Of a DNA stretch of 64,000 bases, positions 23,491 through 36,721 are shown in pieces (position 1 is the first letter of the stretch; every line of letters begins with the position of its first letter). A program made the position numbers and the translations under genes. The stretch covers positions 1,240,001-1,304,000 of the forward strand of contig MU008173.1 of NCBI GenBank assembly GCA_010909165.1. Direction: 5' to 3'. The stretch is from Anthoceros angustus. Taxonomy: Eukaryota > Plantae > Anthocerotophyta. The notes beneath the pieces were generated by a model. It was given only the letters and a program-made list of their open reading frames with translations. It was not told where the DNA came from and did not search any database.

Positions 23491-25500
23491 GATACACGTG
23501 GTCGGAAAAACGTTGTTGGAGTCCTACACGAGCCTCCGCTATCTTCCACACAGCAAACCTATGGCAGCAAACGGGAACGCTCACATCAGCGGACACCATA
23601 CCGATCTTGTAATCAAACAGCAGGCTCTGGATCTATCTTTGACACAAGCATGCGCAGCCAGACAGTTTGCAAAATGGCACACAAAAAGGTGACCTCATGC
23701 CGGGTGTGCAGCGTCATGGATTTGCTTCCCGCCCAGGCAGAAGGTGCGCAGCGCGCTGATCCACAGGACATGATAAAGAATCTGGTCTACACGCTGCGTT
23801 CCGCCGCTGGTCGCAAACAGCCTTGTTAATATGTATGCCATGAGGCAGGAAATGCTGTGTCTGGTGACTTGTGTTTAGCAGATGGCCGTGGTGCAGCACC
23901 GGGAGGTGGATCTCCGGAGGCAACCCGAGTCTTCCCACATCAGGGTTTTCCATAGTCCTCCCTCTTACACACGAGACAGGGAGCACCTCCCCCCATTCCT
24001 TCCTGCTCATCTTTCCTTTCTGTTGATCGTTCTTCTTTTCCTGTGTGTTCTCTTTTCCCCTCCCTTCCCCTTCCACCCTCGTCCCTCCCCCCGTTCCCCT
24101 TCCTTCCTCCGACCGTCCTACATTCCGCCTCGAACATTCCGATGGTCGGAACGGGTGCCAGACATGCGAGGGCTCAAGACGGTCCTGCCTTCTTCGACCA
24201 GGGCTGAAGTTGAAGAAGCTGAAGATGCCCTCACAACGCACAGCGAATCAACAAGGAGAAGTACTCAACTCTCAGCAGCAGTTGGTAGCCCTTGATGGTG
24301 GATTGACTCAGGAAAGCTTTTGCCCAAGATCGGCCAGAGGACCAAAACACCTGGGGAACTGAAGAGGGCAAAAAAACCTTGGAGACCCGAGGGCCGAGGG
24401 CCCGGCATTCAGTGGCTCTTGCCCATTATCCCAGCCATGAGTCCACACACAAAATTAGTCTTCACCCAGCTGCAAGCGGGAGCCATCACAGCCTCAATGG
24501 GGTCATCGCTTTTCTTTTCGGAGACCGGAGGCGTTATTTGCATCCTTGCCTTGTAAAGTCCTGACAAAAAAATTGTACCGTATCGCAGGCCTATGCTTGA
24601 TAAACCCGATGCTCCCGACATCCTCGTGTTTCAGGCAATGGAAGCGTGAGCAGGTTCTTGGCACTGCTGGCGGAAATGCCACCTAACCGGAGCCTCCATG
24701 TCTAGGAAATCGGCAAACCTACACCTGATTGTGACGCCGATTCTTACAACCGGGACATGTGGCACGGTGGCCCTTCCTGCTCGTTCCGTGTCCCTCGTGG
24801 CTAACGACATGACAGACTCTTTGGTGTCACAGTCTTCATCACGAGCTCACTCACCACCATACGCATATGTGCTTGCTCAAAGAACATGTCGTGGACTCGT
24901 GGATGTAGTTCTTAATAATCCATGCCATAGCTGGTCACCAGTTGCCAGCTTCCAGCACTCTGCAACCAACTCGATGGGCAAGATGGTGTCCCCGCAGACA
25001 CACAAACCATCTCGCGTCCAAACGGATGCCTATTGTGCAAGGACACATCAGACCATCTAAAACCGAACACCTCGATCTCACTCACACAGCTGCAGACACT
25101 TGCACGAGACAGGAAAGCTCTAGCAACATACAAGTTACGATAAACTGCACCTATGGAAAGCCAGGAAGGACTCCATTCCACGTCCTCTCATGTGCCAAGA
25201 AAGGAGCTGGTCATTCGACGCGTACCGCCAGAAGATGCATCATGGTCACCACCCGCAGCAAGCATGCATGTACAAGCCGGAGCCTGGGATGTCATACGAA
25301 GAAGATCATGAGCCTGATCTAGCCCTGGTCCGATATGGAGAACATAGCCAGCCAGATATTCGTAGACGAAAGGAATTGTTCTCATCGGGTTGCAGAACGT
25401 TCGTTGAGAAGGTGGCCATGGCAGCAAGCATAACTACACCAGCATGCCAGCCCTTTCAAAATACCTCAGGAAGCGTCTGACAGTCTGACGTCATGCCTGG
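23491..25500 (+). pseudogene. Possible heavily degraded PLS-type PPR pseudogene
   Basis: Scattered PPR-like fragments in shifting frames (VVGKTLLESY, QALDL, LVANSLVNMYA at about 23808-23840, GKL*..YDKLH, DLALVR..HSQ) with stops and frameshifts. Confidence 0.3.
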
Positions 25501-26573
25501 CAGTCGTTGTGATTCAACAAACATCAACCCATGATACTTCCAGGCTTCAGAGTTCAGACCACCGGCGTCGATTCAAAAGTACTTCAGTGAGCAAACCCCA
25601 TCCGTAGGCCTTGCAATTCGTCCCAGGCAACCTAGGTTGGAAATAGCGACATCCTCCGCACCGTGCACAAATCCAGTATCTGCCACCACAGCATAGCTGC
25701 ACAGAATCTTAAGGTTGTCAGCATAAGTTTACGAGGAAGTTCAATGATCCATTCATGCTGCCGCGCCCCGTACAAAAAATATGTTCCTAAACAGCAGTTC
25801 CCTGATTCGGAAACCGACCATGCGCCTGAAGCCCGTCCCCAAAGCCCTCCTCGCCAGCCCGGAGACACAAGCCATGTGAAGGATATCGCCTCGGTGTGCT
25901 ACACATAGAAGTCTGGCGTTCGCACATACTTGCGCAGGGCACAGGGTTTAGGTGGTGCGGTCAGACGTGCTTTTGCGAAACCCAACCTTGGTGACCGGAA
26001 GGGAGCTTTCCATACGGAGGCAGGACTGACTACATACTGTGGCAGCGTCCGGGACAGGCTTCGCAGCGTAGGAAGCTTTGATGACACGGACGCAGCGGGC
26101 AGCTTGATTAAGCCTGCGTTCAGACGCGCGCACCGAGCTTCCCTTCATCCTTTCCCGCAAACGCATCCTCCTCGCCCCCCGCTCTCGGTATCTGTTGCCT
26201 GCGCTCGTGGCAATGCAGCCTGGTCCCTGATACGTGCCCTATCCATTGTTGCAACAAATTTTGAGCCAGATCCGGGTGCGAGGCCAGGGGCACCAGTCCA
26301 GGGAGCTGATTAGGGAAACGATGTTGTGAAGCTGGCAGGGAAGCGAAGCGGAGCAGGGAAGCAGGAAGCATGCGGCTGGTTCTTGCAGATTGTTGATACA
26401 TCTTGGTGTAATGTAACTGGTTTCTTTCGAGCAGTTGCGGGGGCCGAGTGAGTGAGGCTTTTTTTGTTGTTGTTCGCCAACGGAACTGGTCAGGTGCTGT
26501 TATCAGGTCAGCAGGGTAGAGGTAGAGGTAGAGGTCGGAGTGGAAGGCGTCTTTCCGGACACCACGCTCATCC

Positions 26574-29500
26574 ATGGAGCTTCCCTGCGACCCCAGCGAC
26601 TTCTGCCTGGTGTGCAGAATTCTGCCCCCGGACAAGGAGGTTATTTTCTGTGATGGCTGTGATGGGCACTGGCACATGAAGTGCCTCCGGCAGCCGCTGC
26701 TGGAGGTGCCCGAGGGGGACTGGTTCTGTCCCGACTGCCTGCAGCTGCCGGAAGACCAAATTGCAAAGAGAAAGAGGCGGCTGGAGAGTATTGGAGAGGA
26801 TGAGGAGGAGGTACTGGTCCGCAAGATCAAGCAAATTCAATCGCACCCTCATCTAAACGAGAAGGAGAAAGCCAAGATTCTCCAAGAACTCATGCAGGAG
26901 ACTCGGCAAGAGATAGAGGGCCCCGTGGACGATGAGGATGCGCCGGGTGTGGCTGGGAGGGGCCTTCACAGACAGCATACCCGCAGCTTAGAGGAGAAAG
27001 CTTCGTCTTCTAGGCTTTCTCTCACACGAAAGAGCGTTGTGGGCGAAGAGAGGGACACTGAAATTTATGCCATCTTCAAGAGCTACCTTTCTTGCGAGAT
27101 CTGCCATCGATTCCCGAATTTTATTGTCACTGTAAGCTTCTCTCATGTCTGTATGTGTTTCTGGTACATGTTCACATGCTGTATGTCGACACATGACAGC
27201 ATTCTCGTTTCTGCCTCCCGCTGCCTGTCAGCCTCAGACTGAGTGTAACCCGTTCCCTCTTGCAGACACCTTGTGGTCACAACTTTTGTGGAGGATGTAT
27301 TAAGCATCTCAAAACATGCACGGCTTGTTACTCCCCGCTGCCTCTTGCGCGGAATCAAGGATGCACAGAGCCCAACAGTTATCCCCGCACCAACTTTGTG
27401 CTGGAATGCGCGATAAGGCTGGCTAAATGTGGAGTGATAGCTGAGCCTAATCAAGCTGGCGTGTCCAATGAGGAGAGGCCAGACAAGGCGTTCACCACAT
27501 CTAATGCCAAGCTCCCTGGTCTTGCAAATGCGTGTAGTGGGCGCATATATGCAACCGTTCCAGATCACTATCTTGGGCCCATAACTGCTGAATACGATGT
27601 TAACAAACGAGGGGTCCGTGTAGGTGATACTTGGGAAAATCGTCTGGCCCTCCGCCAGTCTGGAGCTCATCGTCCTCATGTCACCGCATTTGCTGGAACG
27701 GTTGGAACAGGATGCCCCTCCATTGTGCTCTCTAAGGGCTATGACTTTGACATCGACCATGGGGACTACTTCATTTGTACTGGATGGTTAGTTGTTACTT
27801 TTCCACATCTGACTCGCTTCTCTCATGTGTCTCTGTGGTTTTCCAATGAACTCCAGCGGGACACACTTGCTCGGGCTTCGCTTCCAGCAAGCAGCAAGGC
27901 TTCGGGCTCTGCATCTTAACGAGTTGAGTGCCTTGGCTGGCTCTGGTGCAGTGGTGGTTGTGATCTTAGTAACAACAAGCGAACTGGGAAGCTGGCGTTT
28001 GACCAAACCTTTAGCCGTGCTAATCAAGCAATGCGCGAGAGTTGTATACGGGGATACCCAGTCAGGGTTATCAGGTTTAGTATCGATCCACCGATAGTGT
28101 TCCCTTCAAAGACCCTCACTCTCGATCATGACAGCCTTTAAACAGTTTGTCTAAGTTCATGTTGCGAATGTTTGCAGTACCGTGCTGAGATATGTTGTTG
28201 TGTCCTATCTCAGGTCATGCAAGATCCAGCAGTCGAAGTTCAAACCACAGAGTGGTTTACGATATGATGGCATCTACCGTATTGAGATGTGTTGGCGGAT
28301 CATGATAGATGAGGTTTGTTCTCAACTCGATCTCCGATGTTGGGATGTACTCCTTACACCAGCATGTTAGCAACCTAGACGGCTTGTAGTCTTTCAGCTC
28401 GTCAAAGACCAGGCTTCCGCCACTAAAGCACATGGACATGCTGGAAAGAACAGTCGTCACTTTGGTCTTCGTACTTGTTGTGCAAGCCTTGCCTCCTGCT
28501 CTTCTTAGTACGCTCTAAATATCAAGCCTGGAATTCACGAGGCCTAATCAGGTTCATCACATGCAGGGCATTCGGGTTTGCCGCTTTCTTTTCGTACGGT
28601 GTGAGAATGAGCCAGCTACATGGAGGAAGTAAGACATCTGTCCGCACTGGAAATCATGGTTTTCAAGACAAGCTGCCAAGGGCGGGTTTGACGGTGCTTA
28701 TCTCTGGGCGTGATTTCAGGACCAAGGAAGGTGATAAACCTCGCAAGCCACCTGCAGTGGAGGAACTGAAAGATGCCACTGATGTGACAAAGCGGACAGG
28801 TCCTCCTCATTGGGATTTTCAGGTATACAATGAGCGTTACATGATGCTTTTGGAATTTGGAGATGAACAAGATGATGACTAGTCGCAATTCAGCGTTTCC
28901 TTGGCAGTCAGTCGATGGAGCTCACAGAAGTCGAGCATCGTGGCTAATGGTTGGTTCTTGTTTGTTTGAGCAGGCTGGAGTTTGGGGCTGGCGTGGCAAG
29001 AATCCTTCGTTCAAGTCCAAGCCTGCTCCAGAGATCGAAAGATTTTTTATCGAGAAGGACATGACCGTGAAGCGAAAAATTGTTCGAGGTACGCGTCTCC
29101 TCGTCTTTGTGATGAAACATACACTGTTGCTCGCCGTTCTGTTTGTTTGAAACTACGTTGTCAGGTGGCTTTCCAGCGAAGAATGCCGTGTGGTTGAGCC
29201 ATCACCTGGGTAGCTGTAGCTGTAGCTGATTCTGTCCACTAATATTTGTTGCTTTTAGACCCATCCTTTGATCCGTGACCTCGTTGGCTGCAGACTTGCT
29301 CTGCGGGATCTGCACGGAAGACATGTTAGAGCCAATCCTGGCTCCGTGTGGTCATATGTATTGCAAGGCATGTTTGGATGACCATTTTAATAAACTCCTG
29401 CCATTCCAAAATCCCAGTGGCTACAGCACGATGCATAGGCGAGAGCGAAAAGCTGTTCAAAGGTGTCCCAAATGCCCTGCCATTTTCGGCGACATGCACT

Positions 29501-31076
29501 TTGATGTAAGTGACGACAGAGTCATGATGATTCCAGACTGGCTGGTGTTTTGAGGGATGCATGAGGGAGTTCTTGACTGGAAATCGTGGGATGTTGTAAC
29601 AGGTCAATGTCCAACTTAAGAGCGTGATTGAAGCCATTGCTCTGGCCAGGGACGTGAAGCCAATCGTGACTCCTCCCCCCGGGGTCGCTTTGAGGGCAAG
29701 GGAGGTGAAAACGGAGGTGAAAGCGGAGGTGAAGGATAGAGGCTACTCCTCTCAGGTGTCTGGCCCTTCTAGCCAGCCTCTTGGCAAGAGGAAGGGGTTG
29801 CTCGAAGACAGACAGCAGCGTGCTCGCATGACTTTGATGCAAGAATTCTCAGATCCTCCTCGCCTGACCAGAAAACAGAAACATACTCCACGTAAGACAA
29901 TTGGCTTGTCATCTTACAGCAGAGGCGAGGCCCAAGTCGGCAAGCTGCAGACAGGACGATTTATTCAGATTGATGGTTCAGACTCCGAGCGTCCTATGGA
30001 TACTCCTGCGAAAAGCCATCATGAAATATCAAGTGCCTCAGGTGGGCTGGATGAGGAGGCTCCAGTGTCTCCAGATTCTGCAGTTCGACACTACAAGCGC
30101 AGAAAGAGAGGGGAAGGTCCTGCTGATAGCGGGAGTAAAAGATCATGCGAACTTGTCAGCACCTCGGAAGGAAGTGGTGCAGATGGAGCAGGTTCACCTT
30201 GTGAAGCACCTGGTGAAGCAATCACCTCTGCAGATTACAAGCGACGGAAAACAGAGGATGACAGAGCGTCCAGCATGCAAGCAAGTGAGGCGGAGTCTGG
30301 CGAGAAACGTGACAGAGGCACCATGGTGGAGAGCGCTGCTGAAAAACTGGAGAAAGGGGATGGCGATGAAGGGATCGAGGCCGTGGCTGATGACATCGTC
30401 GTCGATGTTCGCTGCGTGGACGTGGTTCAGGTCTCTGTCCAGGGTGATGGCTGCCATCATGAAGAGGAGGAGTTAGAGGTGCCTCGCAGGACTGTCAAAG
30501 TAAATGATGCTTACGAAAGAAGTGGCCATGGTCCACCTAGCAAGGAGCAGGCACCGTTGGAGTCCTTGCCAGCTGATAAAGCGGAACACCAGGACAAAGA
30601 TGCTGAGGCAAACACCGAATTGCAGACTTTGACTACTGATGTCTGCATAATTAATGTGGAAGTAGTCCAGGACCCCGTCGATGTAGATGGTGAAATCGTG
30701 GTAGAAGAGATTCCCGTTGCTGGTGGCGATGTCCACCGGCAAAGAGATGATAACACGTCGGTAAATCCTCCGGCATCTGAGCAACAGAGGGAGGAGGATG
30801 GAGCAGCAAGTCCGAAGACAGCCTTGGATGCGTTTTGTGAGCAGATCCGGAACTTAGCCAACAGAGAGGTATTACATGGACAAACTGTGTCGAGACGCCC
30901 CACTCTGTTTCAACAACTTGCCATTTACTAACTGCGCTTGCACATGATTGCTACAGGGGCCGAAGGAACAGAGCTGGGGACTTCTCACAAGGTGTATGCA
31001 AGAATTCAGACAGAGCTGGACGCAAGGAACAATCGGAGCAATATCTCAGACTCTTGGCCCGACTTTTGACAAGTAA
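26574..31076 (+). CDS. ORTHRUS/VIM (UHRF1-like) E3 ligase: PHD-RING-SRA-RING with long acidic C-terminal tail
   Basis: PHD CLVC...CDGCDGHWHMKCL...DWFCPDC; RING1 CEIC...TPCGHNFCGGC; SRA NEERPDKAFTT, GVRVGDTWENR, GAHRPHV, TG|SGG, GYPVRVIR, GLRYDGIYRIE, CRFLFVRCENEPATW; RING2 CGIC...PCGHMYCKAC...CPKC. The 3' end is uncertain: 30931 if unspliced, 31076 with a last intron. Confidence 0.9.
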
Positions 31077-31384
31077 CCAGGGACCTTTGAGCAATTAGCA
31101 CTGAATATCTGGAATGAACAGGTGGTTATAAAACGCAACTGAGTCACGTTGCGTCTGCTAGCGTTAAACAACTGGTGAGCAACTGGTCTTGCTGTTAGAG
31201 TACCTATAGGTGAAGAGTACCTATAGGTGAAGTGATGTTACCTGTAGATTGACAAATGTTTCCAGCCATCGGGCATGACACTATCCCATTTGACCTGCTC
31301 CTTATTTAGTTCGGCTTTTCAGTTTGATCGATCGGTTCGCATTGTCAAGAAGTGTGTCTCCTCTGGCGGGTTTCAAATATTTCC

Positions 31385-32859
31385 TTACGCTGACGCCTTG
31401 GAGGTCGAATTCGCATCCTCCTCTGGTTTGGGCAGCATCATGGACTCCGCAGGCCTTTCTCCCTTCCGGAGGCAGGTGTCCCTCAGTCGGAGGTAGTCGA
31501 GGTAGAGTATCGAAGCATAGACAGGAGGATTATGTGCAGTCAGGAGCTGTGGAGCTGGGGCCAGCGTGGTGTTGGCTGTTGGGGTGAAGAAGACCACCAG
31601 GGACATGCGCTCGTTGGTGGAGCTCACCACAGCCCTATGCTCCACACTGGGATACTTCCCATTGCTAAAGATCTGAATCAATCCCACAAGTCCAGATCAT
31701 TCAATCTGCATTCGTACCAAAAACTGGATTCGTCTCAACTCTCGTCAGTCTGGACAGATTACCTGCAGGACGTCTCCTACGTTGACCACAAGAGCTCCTG
31801 AGATGGGCTGGATTGGCACCCACTCTCCCTTGTGGCGGATCTGCAAACCAGACACTGTACCTGTCTGAAGAAGAATGGTGATGGTGCCAGCATCAGAATG
31901 TGGGTTCACTCCCAGCACCACATCTGGCTGGGGGCATGCCGGGTAGTAGTTGGTCCGAATGATTGATGGATTCTCCCCCTTTGAGCTTGCAAACGCCTCC
32001 TTGATGCGTCCTGGGCTGAGGCCCAAATTGAGGGACAAAATCTGGTACAGGTGGTCGGCCACACCCTGTATTCCCAAATTGTATCGATGGATCTTTTCCC
32101 TGCAGCAGTCCCACGTAATCCAGACTGAGTTGGTTGCAAAACCTGTGCATTCTTCACTAATCGGTCACTGGCCCTGGAGTCTGGAGTCCTGGACCCGCCC
32201 ATGTACCTGTAATCTGCAGGTTGCGCTGGCCATTGTGTGCCCATTTGGTTTTGATCAACCGGAGCTAGGTGATGTGCCAGGATGTCGTTCCACCCGTTTT
32301 GCGAAGCTCGACCGTATCCAACCCAGCCTCCGGGCTTGGTTGCATACTCCACCTTGTCCTTGAACGGAAGCTTGAAAAATCGCCTGGAGACATCTAAAGC
32401 GTCTTCAAGAACAGACTGAGCAATCCCGTGATTCACCAGCTGCAGCAGTACCCCCCACGTTACAGAAAACCATTCTGTCCTAAGCTTGGGCTACCACATC
32501 TAGACTTGCATCATTTACTGGCAGGATCTAGACGATCATGCTACGTATACTTGGTAGTCTGTCGTTGGACTCACTTGGAAGTAGCCCCACTCTTGGCATG
32601 CCTGGGCCACCTCTTCTCGTATCCTGGCCTTGGCTTTGTCGCCTCCATGAAGGTAACCGGACAAATCAATGACAGGCACAAGTTGAGTGTACGGCGAGGC
32701 TTGCTCGGGTTCAAGCTTGATCCTGGTTCTGAATATTGCTGGAACTTGCTTCGCCCCTGACTCCGCTATCTGCTGCACCGTCTGTAGCTCTGCCGCACCC
32801 AACACACCTTTGATATCGTATGCCAGATCGTCCACTCGTTGGCCATCTGCTGGAGCCAT
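31385..32859 (-). CDS. 2-oxoglutarate/Fe(II)-dependent dioxygenase (DOXC class), 4 exons
   Basis: VPVIDLS, ACQEWGYFQ|LVNHGI, NYYPACPQP, HSD...H metal triad (PHSDAG, SVEHRA), RxS motif (ERMS), LVVNVGDVLQ|IFSNGKY. Confidence 0.95.
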
Positions 32860-33910
32860 GGATCAGATTCTGAGGAAACTCCCAGAGCATGCAATTCAAT
32901 TACTGCTCCTACAACATCGCTTGCTCGGAATGGATCTAGATCTTGACTGTTGTGGAGGTGGACTCGGAATATGTCCCGGACTTGCCAGGACGTGATCCCC
33001 GAGTGCCTGACAATACGTGTTTTGTCTGATTACCCGAGAGATTCTGCTGCGAATCTTGCGAAAAACGGTTCTTTCAAACTGGCCCTGCCTTCCTGTCCTG
33101 TTCCTGCGACAGACTGCGGCACATCGGAGTAGGATGAGATCATTTGTATGTTTAAGTATGCTTGCACTTTGGGAACCAGCGGCTGGACAGGACCTTTGCG
33201 GCTTTGGACGAGCATCTTGGTGAGTCTTAGAAGGGATGGATAAGTGGAGGATTGTATAGTGCACTGACGGGCTCTGAAGGAGATGGAGCAACTGTGGTGT
33301 TCCCGTCATGGTGGGGCTGCATTCAGCTGCAGGGAGAATCTGCTGCCTGAACACATCAAGCAGCAGATGCTGTAGGCGAATTTGAATTAGGAGATTTCCT
33401 AGGCTCATATCTGAAGGATGGTTATGTCTAGTGGGGCCGGGCTTGCCGCCTCTGGCACTTGCACCCCAGGATGTATTGATGAATCCGGCAGCCCGTTAGA
33501 GAATGTTCTACAGGTGTGATGCTCCGGAATGATCATCGATCAATGGTACCAGAACTTGCCTGGCCTGAGCCCTGATAGCTGGCCGCTGCTAGGCCATCAT
33601 CATCATCATCATATTCCATCACCATTGCCTTTTCTAGCCTGTTGGCAGCTGGTGTGAATTTGTACTACGCCGAATTCGAGGTGAGCCCCTGCCACTCCAT
33701 TGTTATGTTCAATTGTGAGCAGTTTGTCCGCCACTTGAATTCCTCCATCAGTTTGGTGTAAAACGAACTGCGAAAACGATGCACTATTCACTGCACGTTG
33801 GATTGCCGTCTCCGACACCCCTAGACAGGCCGGATTTCTGCAAGGTTTTCAATACAGAGGAGATCCTTACAACTCAAATAGGCAGGAGTTGCCTCATCGT
33901 TCCTCTTGTC

Positions 33911-33950
33911 CAAGCTTCTTGCAAGCTTCTTGCAAGCTTCTTGCAAGCTT
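33911..33950. repeat. 11-bp tandem repeat (CAAGCTTCTTG) x about 4, upstream of the PPR gene
   Basis: Directly visible. Confidence 0.85.
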
Positions 33951-34037
33951 AATGACAAACTGTTGCCCCTTGGTAGCGATGATGCATATCCCTAATACCA
34001 GGAGGACACTAACGCCACCAGTAGTCGCAGCAGGAGA

Positions 34038-36721
34038 ATGAAGCAAAGTGGCGGCGTTCTGGTCGTATCGCGCCTGGATCGATGCAAAGGGACATGGTGC
34101 AGACGTCTTTTAGCACTTTGTGTCGCAGCGGAAACACGGAATGTTTCAACCAGCCCTCTCGGTAACGGCTGGCCTCCATGCTCTTCGATCATTCGAGCTG
34201 CTTTCATGGTGTGGCAAAGCCTTCAGGTTGACGGTATACTCTCTTCGCAGTGGATCAATTGGCACGGAGAGGCTCGCCGGAAACAGAGGTCCTCCATCAC
34301 TTGAAGAAGGTAAGGTGTGCCAGAAATTGGTACTTTGCCACTGCGTGGCTGACGCCCTGGTCAGGGCACACAGCAAAGCAGGTTTTGGCGGGCAGCTGAT
34401 CTGTGCATATAATTCATGCAGAGCAGCAGGGGCCAGGCCTCGTGGCCAGCACATGTTGCTGGTTCCTCAGCACCAGCACCTCGTGTCGATTCTGACAGGT
34501 ACAGTCTCGTAAAAATTCTCAGCTCCATCAGCGGAGTACCACAAGTTTTCAGAGTTTGAGAGTCTCATTTTACAGGTTAGCAAGGTATGAAGGGGCTACG
34601 AAGGTCGGGAATTTCAGAGATCTATGTCGGCAAGGACAGCTCAGTGACGCCTGTCAAGCACTGGACTCCCTCTTGCAGCAGCGCACTCATGTCTCCATTG
34701 GCATGTTCTATGACGTTCTCAAGGGCTGCATTGCGCAGAAGGATTTGGATGTTGGGAGACGTGTCCATGCACTTGCGGTTAGAGCTGGGTACGATTCAAA
34801 CATATTTGTTGCCACCAACCTCATCCGCATGTTCGGGTCTCAGGGAAGTTTGCTGGAAGCACAGCAAGTCTTTAGCAGACTGCCTGCTCCAGACAGTTAC
34901 GTTTGGGCTTCCATCATTTTAGCTCATGCTGAACATGGGCAGCCTAAGCAGGCAATACAACTCTATCGTCACATGCAACAGTCGACCATAAAGCCTGACA
35001 ACCATATCTTTGTTGCTGTTCTTAAAGCATGCGCTAGAGCTGAAGACTTGGGTTCCGGGAAGCAAGTGCATGCCGACTTGATGAAAAGTAGTGGGAAACC
35101 TAATCTCTTCGTTGGAAACACTCTCTTAGACATGTACTCGAAATGTGGAAGCTTGGAGGATGCTCGCAGAGTGTTTGACTTGTTGTGCACACGAGATGTG
35201 GTGGCCTGGAATGCAATGATCGCGGGGTATGCGCAGCAGGGGCTTGGCAGGGAAGCTCTTAACCTTTACACAAGGATGTGCAAGGAAGGTGTGGTTCTGG
35301 CCAACAGAGCTACTTATGTATGTCTCCTGAAGGCTTGCGCAAGCATAGGGGCTGTACATGAGGGGAAGCAGGTGCATGCTGAAATACAAGGACGGGGAAT
35401 GGAAACAGATTTGGTTGTTGGTACCAGCCTGGTGGACATGTACGCCAAATGTGGGCACTTGGAAGATGCTCGCAGAGTCTTTGACAAGATACCCACAAGA
35501 GATGTGATTATATGTAATGCCATGCTTGCAGGTTATGCTCACCATGGGCTTGGTCACGAAGCCCTTAGTCTATATGCAAGTGTAAGTAAGGATGCAATAA
35601 GTATAGAGGATACTGTAACTTTTGTCTGTCTGCTGAAGGCATGTGCAAGCATTGGAGCTCTACAAGAAGGGATGCAGTTGCATAGACATGCCAGGGAAGC
35701 AGGGCTTGAAGCAGATGTTGCTGTCGGCACCAGCCTGGTAGACTTGTATGCAAAATGTGGCAGCTTAGAGAATGCTCGCAGAGCGTTTGACAGACTGGCC
35801 ACAAGAGATGTAGCAGCCTGGACTGCTTTGTTGAATGGGTATGGCCTGCATAATGACTGTAGGACAGCCATACAGTGTTTTCATGAAATGCAGCAGCACG
35901 GAGTTCAGCCCAATGATGCCACTTTCATCTGCCTCCTAGTGGCATGTAGTCATGAGGGGCTGGTCAATGAGGGTAAAGAGTATTTCAAACAGATGGTCGA
36001 AACCTATGGCATTGCACCCTCTGCTCATCATTATAATTGCATGGTTGATCTGCTGGGCCGGTCAGGCCACCTGGCTGAGGCAGAAGCTTTGCTGGAGAGC
36101 ATGCCATTTAAAGACAACCCAGTCGGGTGGAAATCGCTGCTCAGTGCATGCAAAAGTCATGGTGATGTAGAGTGTGGAAGGCGATGTTTTAATCATCTTG
36201 TCAAGTGCGAACCTCAAGAGGGTTCTGGATATGTGCTTATGTCGGGTATCTATGCAAACGCCAACAGGTGGGAGGACGTGGATATGACAGAAAGTTCCAG
36301 AAAATCTGCCGGTGCTTTTAAGAAGCCGGCTAGGACCTGGATTCAAATAGACAGCAAGGTTCATGAGTTTGTTGTGGGTGAAGATAGGGATGACGTTTCG
36401 TCCAAGCTAAGGAGTTTGAACCTGCGACTGAAAGAGGAGGGCCATGTGGCCCATACAGAGTTAGTGCTAAAGCCAATATCTGACAAGGAGAAGGAGGATG
36501 CATTGTGTGGCCACGCAGAGAAATTAGCACTTGCTTATGGTCTCCTGAATACGCCAGAGGGTATACCCTTAGTGATCACGAAAAATCTCCGGATGTGTAA
36601 TGACTGTCACAGTGGTACCAAGATCCTTTCCAAAATTGAGGGGCGTGAGATTGTTGTGAGAGATTCGCACCGCGTTCACCATTTCAGGGATGGGGTTTGC
36701 TCATGTGAAGATTCTCGTTGA
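34038..36721 (+). CDS. PLS-class PPR protein with E1-E2 and DYW:KP-type deaminase domain (organellar RNA editing factor)
   Basis: Proposed exons 34038-34161, 34251-34309 and 34499-36721 are phase-compatible. Arg/Ser-rich N-terminal transit-like peptide; about 14 L/S/P motifs; E1, E2; then [34 protein letters not shown]. The two 5' exons are less certain than the main exon. Confidence 0.93.
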
